DNA of 64,000 bases from Nemertoderma westbladi (GCA_032718475.1 JAUCBJ010001640.1:1-64000), one strand, 5' to 3'; shown: positions 12,346 through 25,600, counted from the stretch's first letter. Numbers and translations are program-made. The notes: generated from the letters alone by a model not told the origin.

Positions 12346-13419
12346 GGCCTTTTTTAAACTCCAATTCTTCCATATTCAATGTTATTAATCACATTTCACT
12401 AACATTTAATTAATTTGAAGTTTAATTGTAGGGCCTATCAATTAAAGAGTACAAAATACAATAAACAATTGAATTGAAGTAAACAAACAGCAATAAAACT
12501 ACCAGTATAAATTAAAGTAACAAAACGCTATACACTATTTATTTAAGTAAGAAAAACTCATTAAACAATTAAACGTAAATAAAAAAACTCAATAAACGCA
12601 ACTCTGCAGTACAGCAGTAGGCCTACTGACCACAAAATGACTGTTATTTGTTTATTTGTTTAATTTGATTTATTGGCGATTAATCATGTGACTGATTTTT
12701 ATTGCAATGCGTGTCAAGCACCACTAAAGTTCTTATGAAATGTTTGTCAAGTTATAAAGTCACCGAAATTATATTCTAGGTATACAAAATTTGTTAAGAA
12801 TTTGGTAAGTGCATTGCACGATAAGTGCCCACCAAATTATTTCTTAATAATATCTATACTGTACTTGGCAAGTATTTTTTAATTCCTTAACAAATAATGC
12901 AAAATGTGGTAATTGTAAAATTTTAGTAAATTTATCATGCCAGTAACTTACCATTAGGTAGTACTTTACTAATATGATAAGATTCTCAACCCGGGAAATT
13001 AATATTGGCGAATTAGTGCCTAGAAGTAAAAATCTTACTGTAAACTGTGTTCCTAAATTTAGTTTATTGTTTTGGTTAGAAACGCCTGCCATCATAACCT
13101 GTTACTTTCCTTCAAAAGGAACCTTAAATGGTGAATATCGAAATTAAATATTCACGAAATTAAGTCTGTAAGTTGATATGTTAAAAAAGGCTGAAACGAC
13201 ACCCCCAATTGGTAATACAGTACAGCAGTACAGCAGTATGCACGCACACAGTACCGGTAGGCCTACAGTACTACTGTATTATTTAACTAAGAAAAGAGGC
13301 CTACATGCTGATATGTATTACCGTACATTTACTGGCAGACTGGTGTACCAATCAGACAATTACCCCTTACCGGTAAATAAAATGAAAATAAAAATATGTA
13401 TCACCAGCCAGTATAGGTA

Positions 13420-14625
13420 CCGTAATTCGGGGTGACTTGATTGATACATTGAGGTGACTTGATACAGCAAGTTATACTTTTTTTATTTAACGGATTGTGG
13501 GTGATTGCGTGATGTTATGATAAAAATTGAAATATTAGAAGATGTCTGAATAAATTGTCTATCAAATAGTAAAATAAATTTTGTCATTGCTTCGCATTTG
13601 TGATCACTCACTAGAGCCAAAAATGCATTTTTCAAAAATTCACTTTTTTTTAATGTCAAAATATAGGTCGAATTTTTGACACTTTGGGTTAATGTTGTTC
13701 AAAAATTATTTTTACAGATGCTAATAGATGAGTTTGAATATTATGATCCTAAAAAAATTTTACAAATTTTCATATGAAGTGGGGGTGGAGTGCCCGTTTT
13801 TTGAAAGTGTATCTTAAAATGGGGTGACTAGATACATATATACGGTATATTGTAGGCGAAAATGTTCTGATACCTGTGACTTAACGTTGATTTGGCAAAA
13901 TTTGTGCTTAAATTCTTTGATTTAGTTTGCAGTTTCTTCTAAAATGTTTTGTCTTATTTACTGGTGTAAGGATGCCACAATGCAATGAAAGTCTTTTTCG
14001 TTTTTAAACTTCAATTTAACTTGTTAAATATTGTTATATGTTAAATTTTCTAAAATATTTTATCTTTACTTAAACAGTTAAACCTTAAATTTGCAAAATT
14101 TGTGCTTAAATTCATTGTTTTAGTTTCCAGTTTTTTCTAAAATGTATTGTCTTACTTACTGGTGTCAGGATGTCACTATGCAATGAAGGTCTTTTTCGTT
14201 TTTAAAGTGCAATTTAACTTGTTAAATATGAAATATTTTGCCATAAAAAATGGAGTTATTTTTAATTTTAGCCATAATTTTATATCCCCGTTAGGTGGGG
14301 ACTTCGTTCTTTTTTTAAAATTTCCAAGATGTATCAAGTCACCCCCACAGCCTACAACATGATCCAAACTCATTCACAGAGTGGTATTATTGCGGAAAAT
14401 TTGCTTGTGTATCAAGTCACCCCGTCATGTGGGGTGACTTGATACAGCTGGTTTTTAAGAAAAAAACACCACTACACTAAGCACCTGAAATAGTGCTTTA
14501 GTCTAGTGGTGTAGTTCTCATCCCGACTATAAAATTTTCTTTTTATTCCATTTGTGTAGGATAAAAACTTCAAAAGATATTCACAGTTAAAGGCAAAAAC
14601 TGTATCAAGTCACCCCGAATTACGG
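13420..14625. mobile_element. Non-autonomous Tc1/mariner (pogo-like) DNA transposon
   Basis: TA|CCGTAATTCGGGGTGACTTGAT...ATCAAGTCACCCCGAATTACGG|TA: perfect 22-bp TIRs and a TA TSD. The GGTGACTTGATACA motif recurs internally; ~135-bp internal duplication (13895/14093); no ORF. Confidence 0.92.
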
Positions 14626-14889
14626 TACGGTAAATTTATAATTGTATAGGCAATACAGTAGGCCTAACTATTCTAGAAATCGTATGATAAATTAAACTTT
14701 ACTACCGTTTACAACCTACCGCGCTACCGGTAGCCTACACTATAAACACTTCGACGGTACCACCATACCTAATATATATCTGCATTTCGAAAGGGGATCG
14801 ACCATGGCGTGGGATCGGCACACAGCTAAAAAGTTTCCCTTTACCGAGTGATGTAGGCCTACTGACTACATACGTACCGTATTGCCTAC

Positions 14890-15220
14890 CAAAGTTTTTA
14901 CCGTGTACATACGTATCGGCTACCAAAGTCGTGAATCTCTGCGTGCCTGACTGCCAGAATGTGATGCAATCAGATGCAACCGAGTCTGTCTTCAGAAAAT
15001 GTTTCACTTTACTGTGTACATACGTATCGGCTACCAAAGTCGTGAATCTTTACGTGCATGACTGCCTGAATGTGTTGCAATCGAGTCTGTCTTCAGAAAA
15101 TGTTTCACTTTACCGCCTGTCATACTTCTACATAGGCTGCATACTACATACATACATACTACATAGTGCCTATTATGATGGCAATATCTGAGTCTGTCTT
15201 AAGAAAATGTTTTACTTTCA
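14890..15220. repeat. ~110-bp tandem duplication, 2-3 degenerate copies
   Basis: gtgtacatacgtatcggctaccaaagtcgtgaatct and gagtctgtcttcagaaaatgtttcacttt recur. Confidence 0.8.
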
Positions 15221-15719
15221 CAATTCCCCTATCGCTACTAATTGAATGCCACCCCAAATTAGATGATTTCACACCAAAAAAAATTATTTAGCACCAAATA
15301 CAGTATATTTTATTGTAGCACCAATTTACATCCCCAAATTTTGAATATCTCTCTCACCAAAAACAATTATTCATCCCCCAAAAACAATAATTCATCCCCA
15401 AAAAACAATTATTCCCCCCCCCCCCCCCCCCCCAACAAAAAAATGTTTTATAATGTTTTATGTTAATATTTAAAATGTTTGAAACTGATTTTTTTTATAT
15501 ATTGCTTATGTATATGTGTTGTTGTTTGGTTAACAAGCCTAAATTATTATCCTACATAATAAATAGCTGGATCTCAATCAGGGACACTTTGCTGAATATA
15601 GATTAAAAAACTGTACCGACACACGATGTTGCTTAAACTGTTATAATATCATCAATATTTTAGGTAATTAATATAATCAGCAACAGCTTAGGCCTAATTC
15701 TGAAATATCAATGTTTTCA

Positions 15720-16040
15720 CGAATTTTTTTATAATTTCAAGAAAATGCTAGCTAATAAAAAAAACACTAGCTACACCTTAATAAATAATATATAATAATG
15801 TTCTCGAACACTTACCAATAACAAAAATAAAAAAAAACCTTATTTTTTAAATTTCAAAAAATTCTAGCTAGTAAAAAAACACTTGCTACCAGAAAAAATA
15901 TATCTAATAATGTTCTAGAACATTTACCAATATCAAAAAAGTTGCTATCAGGAATTCGGCCCCGGACAATTCGGTCCTGAACAATTCGGTCCCAGACAAT
16001 TCGACCCATTTATTTGGAGTTTTGGGACCGAATTGTCCTA
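15720..16040 (-). mobile_element. Non-autonomous element with inverted 15-bp GGACAATTCGGTCCC arrays
   Basis: Reverse-complement homolog of 27930-28276, including the AT-rich arm. Confidence 0.75.
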
Positions 16041-16257
16041 CAGTACATACGTAAAGTCTTGGGTCTTTGTTTTGTAGTCACCCGACGATCCTTGTAACAA
16101 TGGTCTGTAACTGAGAGTCTGTAACTAAGAGTCTGTTTATTTTGGTAGAATATTTGATTATTTTGTGGGAATAAGTATTTATTTTGCGGGAATAAGTATT
16201 TATTTTGGGAAAATTTGTATTTACTGTATTTTGGGGGTTTTGTCATTTATTTTAATA

Positions 16258-17473
16258 TAATAATAATAATAATAATAATTAAAATATTTATATAGCGCCT
16301 TTCCTAAATTAAGAGCAAGGCGCATGGCACTGTTAAAATGTAGGATTGCTAAAAAATTAGATAAAAACAGTTTAATTAAAAACGGACATTGATAACATCG
16401 TGTGAACATGATTATGCAGATTTACTCGTACTCCAGGTGGAAGTAGTGTGTTTTTAGCCTCGACTTAAAAACCGCGATGGTTGGTGATTGTCGAACGTTG
16501 ATTGGCAGTTTGTTCCAAATAGTCGGGGCAGCAACTGAGAAAGCGCGCTTGCCGTAGTGCACCATGTTGAATCTAGGGATCACCAGCAGTTCGTAGTGGG
16601 ATGACCTCAGTGACCGGGAGGGCGTGTAGGGTGACAGTAGATCTCGCAGATATACTGGTGCTGTTCCATTCAGACACTTGTAGGTAATCATAGCAATTTT
16701 ATAGTCTATCCGACGTTGCACTGGAAGCCAATGTAGTCGCATTAGTACAGGGGTCATTCGTTGCCTGTCACTTTTCTTGAGACCAACTAAAAGACGCGCC
16801 GCACAGTTCTGCACATATTGTAGCTTTTTAATGGAATCAGTCGGAAGACCGTAATAAAGGGAGTTGCAGTTGTCCAATTTACTTGTGACAAGCGCATGAA
16901 TCAAAATCTCAAGATTATCTTTGGATAAATAGCGCTTAATTTTTCCAAGATTCCTGAGGTGATAGAATGCTTCTCTGGCAGTAATTCCAATGTGCTTGCG
17001 GAGTGTCAGATGAGAATCGATTTCAACACCGATATTACGCGCAGTTGCGCTACAACCAATAGTCTCGGAACCGATTATCACGTGCGGGGATTCAACTTGT
17101 TTACCGAATTGCGACTGCAGCATGACCACTTTAGTCTTATCTGAGTTCATCTTTAAAAGATGTGAGTCCATCCATGCTCGAACTTCGGAAAGGCACTTTT
17201 CAGTGATATCTACTGCATCATTCAGGTTTGATTTCTTAAATGTTATGTATATTTGAGTATCATCTGCGTAGAGATGTAGGGACAGTCCGTATTTCCTTAT
17301 CACATTTGCGAGTGAACGTTTATAAATAGTAAATAGTATTGGGCCAAGTACTGATCCTTGTGGGAGGCCGTATCTTAATTGCTGAGGTTGAGAATATGAG
17401 TTGTTAATGCATACTTGTTGTGAGCGGCCCAACAAGTACTGTAGGATCGAAACCAATCTAGTGCTGTCCCTGC
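16258..17473 (-). mobile_element. L2/CR1-group LINE, 5'-truncated
   Basis: RT motifs GLPQGSVLGPILF, YADDTQIY, LHWLPV..RIDYK; 3' end AAGGCGCTATATAAAT plus a (TTA)n tail, typical of L2. Confidence 0.93.
16422..17456 (-). CDS. L2 ORF2 reverse transcriptase C-terminal half (open frame, 5'-truncated)
   Basis: 344-aa uninterrupted frame containing the YADD catalytic motif. Confidence 0.85.
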   Translation of the reverse strand: MVSILQYLLGRSQQVCINNSYSQPQQLRYGLPQGSVLGPILFTIYKRSLANVIRKYGLSLHLYADDTQIYITFKKSNLNDAVDITEKCLSEVRAWMDSHLLKMNSDKTKVVMLQSQFGKQVESPHVIIGSETIGCSATARNIGVEIDSHLTLRKHIGITAREAFYHLRNLGKIKRYLSKDNLEILIHALVTSKLDNCNSLYYGLPTDSIKKLQYVQNCAARLLVGLKKSDRQRMTPVLMRLHWLPVQRRIDYKIAMITYKCLNGTAPVYLRDLLSPYTPSRSLRSSHYELLVIPRFNMVHYGKRAFSVAAPTIWNKLPINVRQSPTIAVFKSRLKTHYFHLEYE

Positions 17474-17904
17474 ATTTTGGGAAAATTTGTATTTATTTTG
17501 GGGGTTTTGTCATTTATTTTAGTGTGAGTAATTGGTTTTCTGGATCATTTATTTACTGTGGTGTTGAATAATTGGTTTTGGGTGTGACTTTATTTTATTT
17601 GGTGTTGAATAATTTTTTGGGGTCACATTATTTAAATTGGTGTAATATTTTTATTTTTGGAGAAATTCTCATCGATTTTGGTATGACTTTAATTGGTAGC
17701 CTTTCCCTATTGTAACCAAGGATTACTGAGGAACGGACTGGGCATACTGGTAATGTAAATCCAGACTCAGTTGAACTGATATACTGTACATACACAGGGT
17801 ATAACTTTTCGCCGTATCCGTATCCTTATGCATTTGCCGTATCCGTGCCTATGTAAATACGCGTGTTATGCGCATGTAATGGATTCTTACAGTATGGAGA
17901 ATAA

Positions 17905-17950
17905 CTTAAAAATGCAGCTGCAATGCAGCACGTCGATCCTAGTACTAGTA
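17905..17950 (+). mobile_element. ~45-bp extreme 3' tip of RTE-1
   Basis: cttaaaaatgcagctgcaatgcagcacgtcgatcctagtactagtag matches the RTE-1 3' ends at ~48045-48095 and ~9255-9297 (rc). Confidence 0.75.
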
Positions 17951-18750
17951 GATCGGTAGGTTTCGCCCCGCAGCTGATGGCATGCTCTGGAGGCCAAGTC
18001 AGGAAATGTAGAGAGAAATTCACAAAGGGAGACAGAACGAGTATTGAATGAAGAGTAGAGGTCTGTAGGTAACTAGCCACTGGGAAGCATGCACCACAAA
18101 CTTACGCCAATCACGTTTCTGCTTGTTGATAGCGGGCTTGCGTGTTTGAATGTAATACATTTCAAGCTTTTGCAAGACTGGCCGCAATGGGTGTCTAGCA
18201 ATTACTTTGAAATGTTTAAACAATTCACGCCAGTCAGTCAGCCAATGTGTATTGGGCTTCGCCGCGGTGAGTCATGATGTGGTTGTGCACAGTCTTACCC
18301 TGTTCGCTCCCATCCTTGGCAGTCCCATCCTGGTGCTGTCTAACGCGTTCAAACAAGTGTTGGATGGTGTGTCCAACATATTCCCCCTTACAAGAGGGAC
18401 AAGAGAAAGAGTAAACGACATTAGACGCAAGGATATCCGGGACGGGATGTTTTAGAGATGGGAGTGACTGGCGCAGTTTAGTTGTAGTGAAAACGAACCG
18501 AACTGGCCGTGTGCAAGACCTGGGTATAAGTCCACGCAACTTTCGAACAAACAGATCGGTTGCCCGACCTCGGTACTCAAACTTACAGATAATGGGCTTT
18601 GAGTCATCAGCAGCTGCCTGGTCCACCGGGTCACTGACCTCGGTGGGGACAACTGTTGGTGCCTCGCCCCCAGAACCACTACTTGCACGCCCCCTAGCGG
18701 CTTGAACTACGGCTAGCTCATGCTCGACCACCGTATCAGTATTGGTTATT
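17951..18750 (-). mobile_element. Penelope-like element 3' fragment with GIY-YIG endonuclease (frameshifted)
   Basis: SNVVYSFSCPSCKGEYVGHTIQHLFERVRQH...HNHIMTH...FKVIAR...LEMYYIQTRKPAINKQ, split over ORFs 18234..18896 and 18020..18223. Confidence 0.88.
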
Positions 18751-18965
18751 GCTAAGAATATTCTCAGCATAGTCAACCCGAATACGTCATATATTGGGGT
18801 AAATCTTTTCAACCTACGCGTAGCTACGCATAGTTTGTAACTTCCGTTCCTGTCATTTGCCGGTAGGTTTTTTTTTACAGACGGTACTTTGCCCAAAGTT
18901 TCGTTTTGCGTTTTTCGTTATTAGGTTGCCCTGCATAGGCGCGTATACTACTGTAGTTTTTAGTC

Positions 18966-19205
18966 AACTGGACGCAAAACCCGCCTTGGCGAATTAATAT
19001 CCCGCCTCAATGTTAAATCCTCAATTTAGTCAAAGGAGCAGGTTACAGTGGCACGTTATTTTAACCAAAACAATAAACTAAACACAATAGAACAGGTTAG
19101 AGGTTTATTTTTGAGAGAAATCAGCTGTTATTTGCGTCGAATTTCCCCTGGAGAGGGATTAATTTTTATTGCGTCCAGCCCCCCCCCCCCCCCCCCCCCC
19201 CCCTG
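18966..19205 (-). mobile_element. CTGGACGCAA-TIR MITE copy
   Basis: Reverse-complement homolog of 9873-10098, ending in a poly-C run followed by TG. Confidence 0.85.
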
Positions 19206-20124
19206 TTAAAGTTTACAGAAAACAGTCTTAATTAATACCATGCATGTATGATAACCATGCATGAGAAGGTTAACTGTGACTGTCCAGAAATAGAATACTG
19301 GAATAGGCCTATTATATTATTAATAACTCTTGGTAAAAATTTAAATACTAACTTATAATTAACCTTCCTATCTTCGTATTGTCGATAATGCTTAAGTCCG
19401 CTCGTGGAGGAGAGAGGAAATGCTTGCTGTTCGTGAGAGAATCCGTTGATGGTTGTAGTGTAACTTCATCTGATGCCACAGGATTTAGTAGATTTGGGAT
19501 TTGAGTATCCTGTGATTCACTGTCAGTGATCATGACTAATAATGCAGTACCGGTACTTGGAGAGTAGGCCTAAATTCTACGTTAACCAGTAAAGTTTTCT
19601 ATTAAAATATATCAGAATAGTGATGAAATACTTGTACTTTGAATTTTATATATGCCATGCCCTACTAATCAGCTATTTGACCTTGAAGAATAATAATTTG
19701 CTGTATGTTCGATATCTAAACTTAAGAGTTAATAACTGGTTATACTTACACAGTAAAATTCGCTGGCATTCATAATTGGCAGTGATTTTTTATGTCCTTT
19801 TATTTGACTTTTTTTTGTCATTTTTCTTTACGAATTATGCATAATGACTTTTGTTGTCCTTTTAATGACTTTTATTGTCCTTTTAATGACTTTTTATGTA
19901 TGTATTTCTTCAAACTGTCAGACTGCTGATTTCTGGACTGTCAGACAGTTGATTTCACTATGCCTGTTCCAAAACATTCCATGATTCCATGATTTATAGA
20001 CTATGAGATAGATTTCCATATGCGCCTGTGGTAAAAAGACTCTATATTTAATAGTTTGTGGTTGTTGTCGATAATCGAATACCACATGACGTAGCAAAAC
20101 ACTCATTTTATAGCCAAAAACAAT

Positions 20125-21097
20125 TACCAATTGATGGAAAGGAGCAGGTTAAGGCCGAGTTTTCTAACCAAAACAATAAACAGTCACTTTACCAAATCAG
20201 GGAAAGGAGCAGGTTACAGAGACGGGATTTTCTAACCAAAATAATAAACGATCACTTAACTAATTGAGGGAAAGGAGCAGGTTACAGAGGCGGGATTTTC
20301 TAACCAAAACAATAAACGATCACTTAACTTATTGAGTGAAAGGAGCAGGTTACAGAGGCGGGATTTTCTAACCAAAACAATAAACGATCATTTAACTAAT
20401 TGAGGGAAAGGGACAGGTTACAGAGGCTGAATTTTCTAACCAAAACAATAAACGATCACTTAACTAATTGAGGGAAAGGAGCAGGTTACAGAGGCGGGAT
20501 TTTCTAACCAAAACAATAAACTATAACATTACCCATTGAGAGAAAGGAGCAGGTTACAGAGGCGGGATTTTCTAACCAAAACAATAAACGATCATTTAAC
20601 TAATTGAGGGAAAGGGGCAGGTTAAAGAGGCGGGCCTTTCTAACCAAAACAATAAACGGTCACTTTACCAATTTAGGGAAAGGAGCAGGTTACAGAGGCG
20701 GGATTTTCTAACCAAAACAATAAACGACCATTTAACTAATTGAGGGAAAGGGGTAGGTTACAGAGGCGGGATTTTCTAACCAAAACAATAAACGATCATT
20801 TAACTAATTGAGGGAAAGGAGCAGGTTACGGAGACGGGATTTTCTAACCAAAACAATAAACGATAACATTACCAATTGAGAGAAAGGAGCAGGTTACAGA
20901 GGCGGGATTTTCTAACCCAAACAATAAACGATAACATTACCAATTGAGGGAGAGGAGCAGGTTACAGAGGCGGGATTTTCTAACCAAAACAATAAACGAT
21001 CACTTAACTAATTGAGGGAAAGGAGCAGGTTAAGGCCGGATTTTCTAACCAAAACAATAAACAGTCACTTTACCAAATCAGGGAAAGGAGCAGGTTA
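20125..21097. repeat. 68-bp satellite, ~14 copies, homologous to the MITE interior
   Basis: Unit gagggaaaggagcaggttacagaggcgggattttctaaccaaaacaataaacgatcacttaactaatt; degenerate relatives at 21640-22000 and 13050-13112. Confidence 0.95.
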
Positions 21098-22622
21098 TCC
21101 GTAACACTACTCAGACAGTAGTCATGATCCATTATTGATTATAAAACTAATACAGTAATAGGCCTAAATTATGTGAAAGGTATATCCACATTTTCCACAA
21201 TCCTGCAATCCAGTTTGGCCTATCATTTATTTAAAATTTATTAGCACAACTGGTAGGCCTACCATTACCGTATTTAAATAGTAGGCTACACAGTAGGCCT
21301 ATAGCAGTACCAGTACCGTTATTGCGTTGACGCGGTTTGTGAACTGTGCTTCCCCAGCTAATAATTAGTCTGGTGTTCTACGTAATTCCATAAAAGGATT
21401 TTGGAGATTATGAAAACAATATAATTTTGGAATGCCAAGGTCATAGGGAGCTCGAAAACCAATGTTGGTATACGAATGGGTTTGACGAATTTTTTTTTCT
21501 GTCTGTCTTTATCAATTTAAGTGTTCACAATAACCACTGCTCATGTGACATTCATATTTTGCATGGTGATGGTCCTAACTAGGTCCATAACATACTAAAT
21601 AAAACAGGTTACATCGGCGATGCAGAAATTACTCCAATCATGGGAAATTATCAGGTTACTGTGGGGGTAGTTTCTAACCAAAACAATAAACGAAACTTAA
21701 TAAAACACGTCACATGCGCAATTCAGAAATTGCACCCATCCTGGGAATGGAATAAGTTACAGTGACAGGGTTTTCTAAACAAAACAATAAACAATACTCA
21801 CTAACACATGATACATAGGTGATACAGAGTGATTTCAAATCATCGGAATATGCGCATACAGTACTTTCTGGGGAAAGAAATAAGGGTAGGTTTCAATAAA
21901 GGGTGTTTTCTAACCAAAACAATACTCAATAAAACAGGTTATATCGTCGGTACAGAAATTTGACCAATCATGGGAAAGGAACATGTTACTGTGGCGGAAT
22001 TTTAATACTATACATTAACATTACCATACAATACCATACATTTATTGTAATATCATAATAGTTATATTGAACATATCGAGACTAAATCAAGCGAGTAAAC
22101 TAGTAAAAATATCGCGTGCTGAAAAATATCGAGAGTAAAATAAGCTATACTAACTTCAAACGAAAAAAAACATTAGCTTGTACTATACCATAGAAAATAA
22201 AATAAACAGTTATTTATTAAGAAAAATATCAATTTTCATAGCAATATTTTTTGTAAAACACTAGCTACTAACGAAAAAAATAGATATGTATGCTTGCTAT
22301 AGTTTTTGTAAAAACACTACTGTAACAACAGTTAAATTTGCTACAATCAAAATGTAGGTTACCATCGATATCTTTTACTAACGATATTTTTCAACACTCA
22401 ATATTTCTTCTCGCATTATTTTTCAAGTCTCAATATTTTTCACCAAAACCATAAATGAAACACGTTTGTGAAGCTTTCGCATAGCACGAGACTTAATTAA
22501 TCTGAAAAGTTGTAATCCGAAAACTTGTTTAAATTTACAATATGCCACCATGAGACTGACAGAGGAACTGACTTAATCTGTTGGTACGCAAAATTATGAA
22601 TAAAGCTTTAGGTACTGAACAT

Positions 22623-25600
22623 TAGGGTGGATCGAATTTTGCAAAAGTTGGAAATCAAAGAATGGCTAGTGCTAAAAAGTGGCTAATGGGCTTTAGAAAT
22701 ATGCATGCAAAATATTTTTTAATTTGATTAAATCCTTGCTCCCCCCCAAAGCCTCTGAAGTTTGAAAAGTAGAGGCGCGATAATGCGTTTGAAAACGGTC
22801 AGTCTATTTGAAGGTTTTAGCGCTTCTATTCACTCCCTTGAGCTTATTTTAGTCTCATTCGAAGCGCAATAGTCGATTTAGTTATGAAATATTTAATTTC
22901 TGTACGCTAGGGACAATATTTTGTTCACTGAGCTCAATTTTGTCGTTTTTTATGTCCAAAAACATACTCCGGTGAAGCTGCATAATAAGTGTGATAAGCT
23001 CCAATTATCCGAAATTAGTAAATCTGAATTTGATGCACTTCTGTGGCCCTATGGAGCCATATTTGTGCTCTTTTAAATCATAATGGTCGATTTACATGGG
23101 GTAGAATGAATGATAAGCATGATTTGCTGTTGAAATTCCAAGGTATAAAAAATTTGTTAATATGTTAATTGTTTGTTGAATATTTCATGTTTCAATCCCT
23201 TTATATAAACTAAATATGTAAACATATTTAAGAGTTAACTAAAGTATTATAATATCAATGTTTGATTAAAACCCAAAGTAAATATTCTATTATAAATATA
23301 CAGTAGGTTTGTGTGGTATCTGTCAGAGAGCTCAGTTAAAGTATATTAGATCAGACCGTGTAGTCTTTCTTGCTTTCGAAGCTCTTCATCTTAGAGTAAG
23401 ATCTCAGCTTGTTGCGAATTGCTCCATCTCGCCTTGTAAAGCCACACACGGCCACTGAAACCTCAGTGACAAGTTTAACAATCCTCTCTACAGCTTGTGT
23501 GTGGCAAGCAAACCGTGGAAATGGAAAGTCTATATCAGCAGTTCCTTCTAAACTATTGCGAATTAAATCAGTTGGTATGTGCTTTGTAAGTGGGGGTTCA
23601 TACTTGGCTGTGGTCCAGTCAATTAAATCATAGTAATTTACGGCACTAAAGTTTATTACTGGGACTCTGAATGACCTGACACATTCTGTTGAAGATACTT
23701 CTAAAGACCTGTACTTTAATATTCTCCTTAAGGCCAGTTGTTGTATTCCCTTATCCTCGTCAAACAACATAGACAGAAGAACGTTTTCTTCATGTGCAAA
23801 GAAGGCATTCCGTTGTATAGTAGTGTCTACAATGTCCCGCATATCAGTTGACAGGTATCTGGTGTACTGTATAAGGCAAAGCAGATGTTTAGGTCCAAAG
23901 ATGCATTCCCACTGACACTTTACATTGAACCATATTGGAGCATAAGCATTTAGGATGTAAGAAGTAAGAGTAACCAGATTCGGGTGAGGATCTTTACAAG
24001 ATACATAAAGCCGAAGTATACGACATCCAAGAGTTAACCACCTGGAATGTGACAGTGGTCCTGGAAGCTTCTTTGCAAGATCTGAAGAGCAAACACCAGA
24101 CTGTATGGCAATACACATATCATACAAATATCGCTGATCATCACTGAGGTCATGTCTGACTTTAGCAGGAACAACTGGTAGGTTTGGTGCTGGAATGGGT
24201 TTAAAGGAGACCAGGTCAGGTAGACTAACAAATGCCAATGACTTGCCAATTACACCAGTAAATGATTTAGGCCCTGAAGTGACTCCATCCAGGTGAACCA
24301 GAATATGTCGTAGTGGAAGTTCATTTAAATGTAGTTGGCATATAAACCACTGCAATGGACGACCATAAATAACTTCCAATAACCTAATAATGCCTCCAAG
24401 ATGACCAGTATTAACTGCAGTCCCATCTGACCCCACAGCCACCAACTTTTCAGTTGCAATATCTCTCTCCAGAAGATATTTACTTATTGCTACAGAGATA
24501 CTAACTGCATCCCCACCATCTGGAGTGATATGGCCAATATAAGCAGAGCCAGGCTCTGATAATAATGATATATGTTCTTCTTTTGCAGTCCGATAGTAAT
24601 ATTTGTTACCAATCATCTCCTGTATTAGGGTTAAATCTTTGCGACCATCAAAATATAATCCATAGAGATCAGTGTCAGGTGTGTTAATTTCTATATTTCG
24701 CTGTTTCTCTCTCTCACGCCGAATTTTCATTCGGTCAATGACACTAGTAGTATCCTCAGTGTGTACAATTCCAAAATCCTGCAACACTGCTGTAGCAATA
24801 GATGCAGCAGCTCGATCAGATACCCCATGTCTATCGCATTCACGGGATAATGTTGGTAATTCATGTCTCATTTGGTGAACAGATCGTTGGACAGCACTTT
24901 CAGAATCAGGCCTACAACTAACATCCGACCATGAAGTTGATGGTATTGGATCATACTCAACCATGGGAGCCTTTGATTCAGCATCATCATCTGAAGAAGT
25001 ATAATCAACATCAGTTACTGAATTCACAATTGGAGAGACCTGATGTGGGACAAATTGAAGTTGTCTAGAGAGTTTTCGCTTGCGCCTCTGTTCAATTTGA
25101 TTAGTTAGTGGTACATCAACACCTGCTATCATCATTTGACGGTCGCCACGTTGGTCTAACAAAAATGACCGTTCTTCTTCTGGCACTCTAAGTTCTCTGG
25201 CGCAAGAGCATGTCAAAAAGTCTTTACATTTACACGTTGTTATATCAAAGAGTGTTGAATCTGCATGTTGTCTAAACTTAGCAAGCTGTTGCTTTCTATC
25301 AACATGCTTGAGAATCTTTATGTAATTTGCATGGTAAGCAAGAAGCTTGTCCACAATCCTCTTATGGGAGTTGTAAGGTAATGATGCTCTAGTCCACAGT
25401 TTCTCCAATTGACCAGCAACCATTTTATATATATCCAATGATGGCATTGTTTTTGTAACTCCAGTCGTTGTATCCAATTTCCTTATGTACTGATAGTACC
25501 TCAAAACGTCGCCATGGGTTGGCAAACATGTTGTTGGGAGATCAGCAGGTGCTCTAATTACTGGGCAGGCTGTTTGTGTTCTAAGAAGTGCCATCACTAA

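Larger units (their letters stand above)
15233..17701. mobile_element. MULE/foldback-like non-autonomous element hosting nested insertions
   Basis: Imperfect TIRs (gctactaattgaatgccaccccaaatt vs gctaccaattaaagtcataccaaaat) with ~21-bp subterminal repeats; flanking 9-mers ttcccctat / tttccctat (1 mismatch). Confidence 0.55.
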
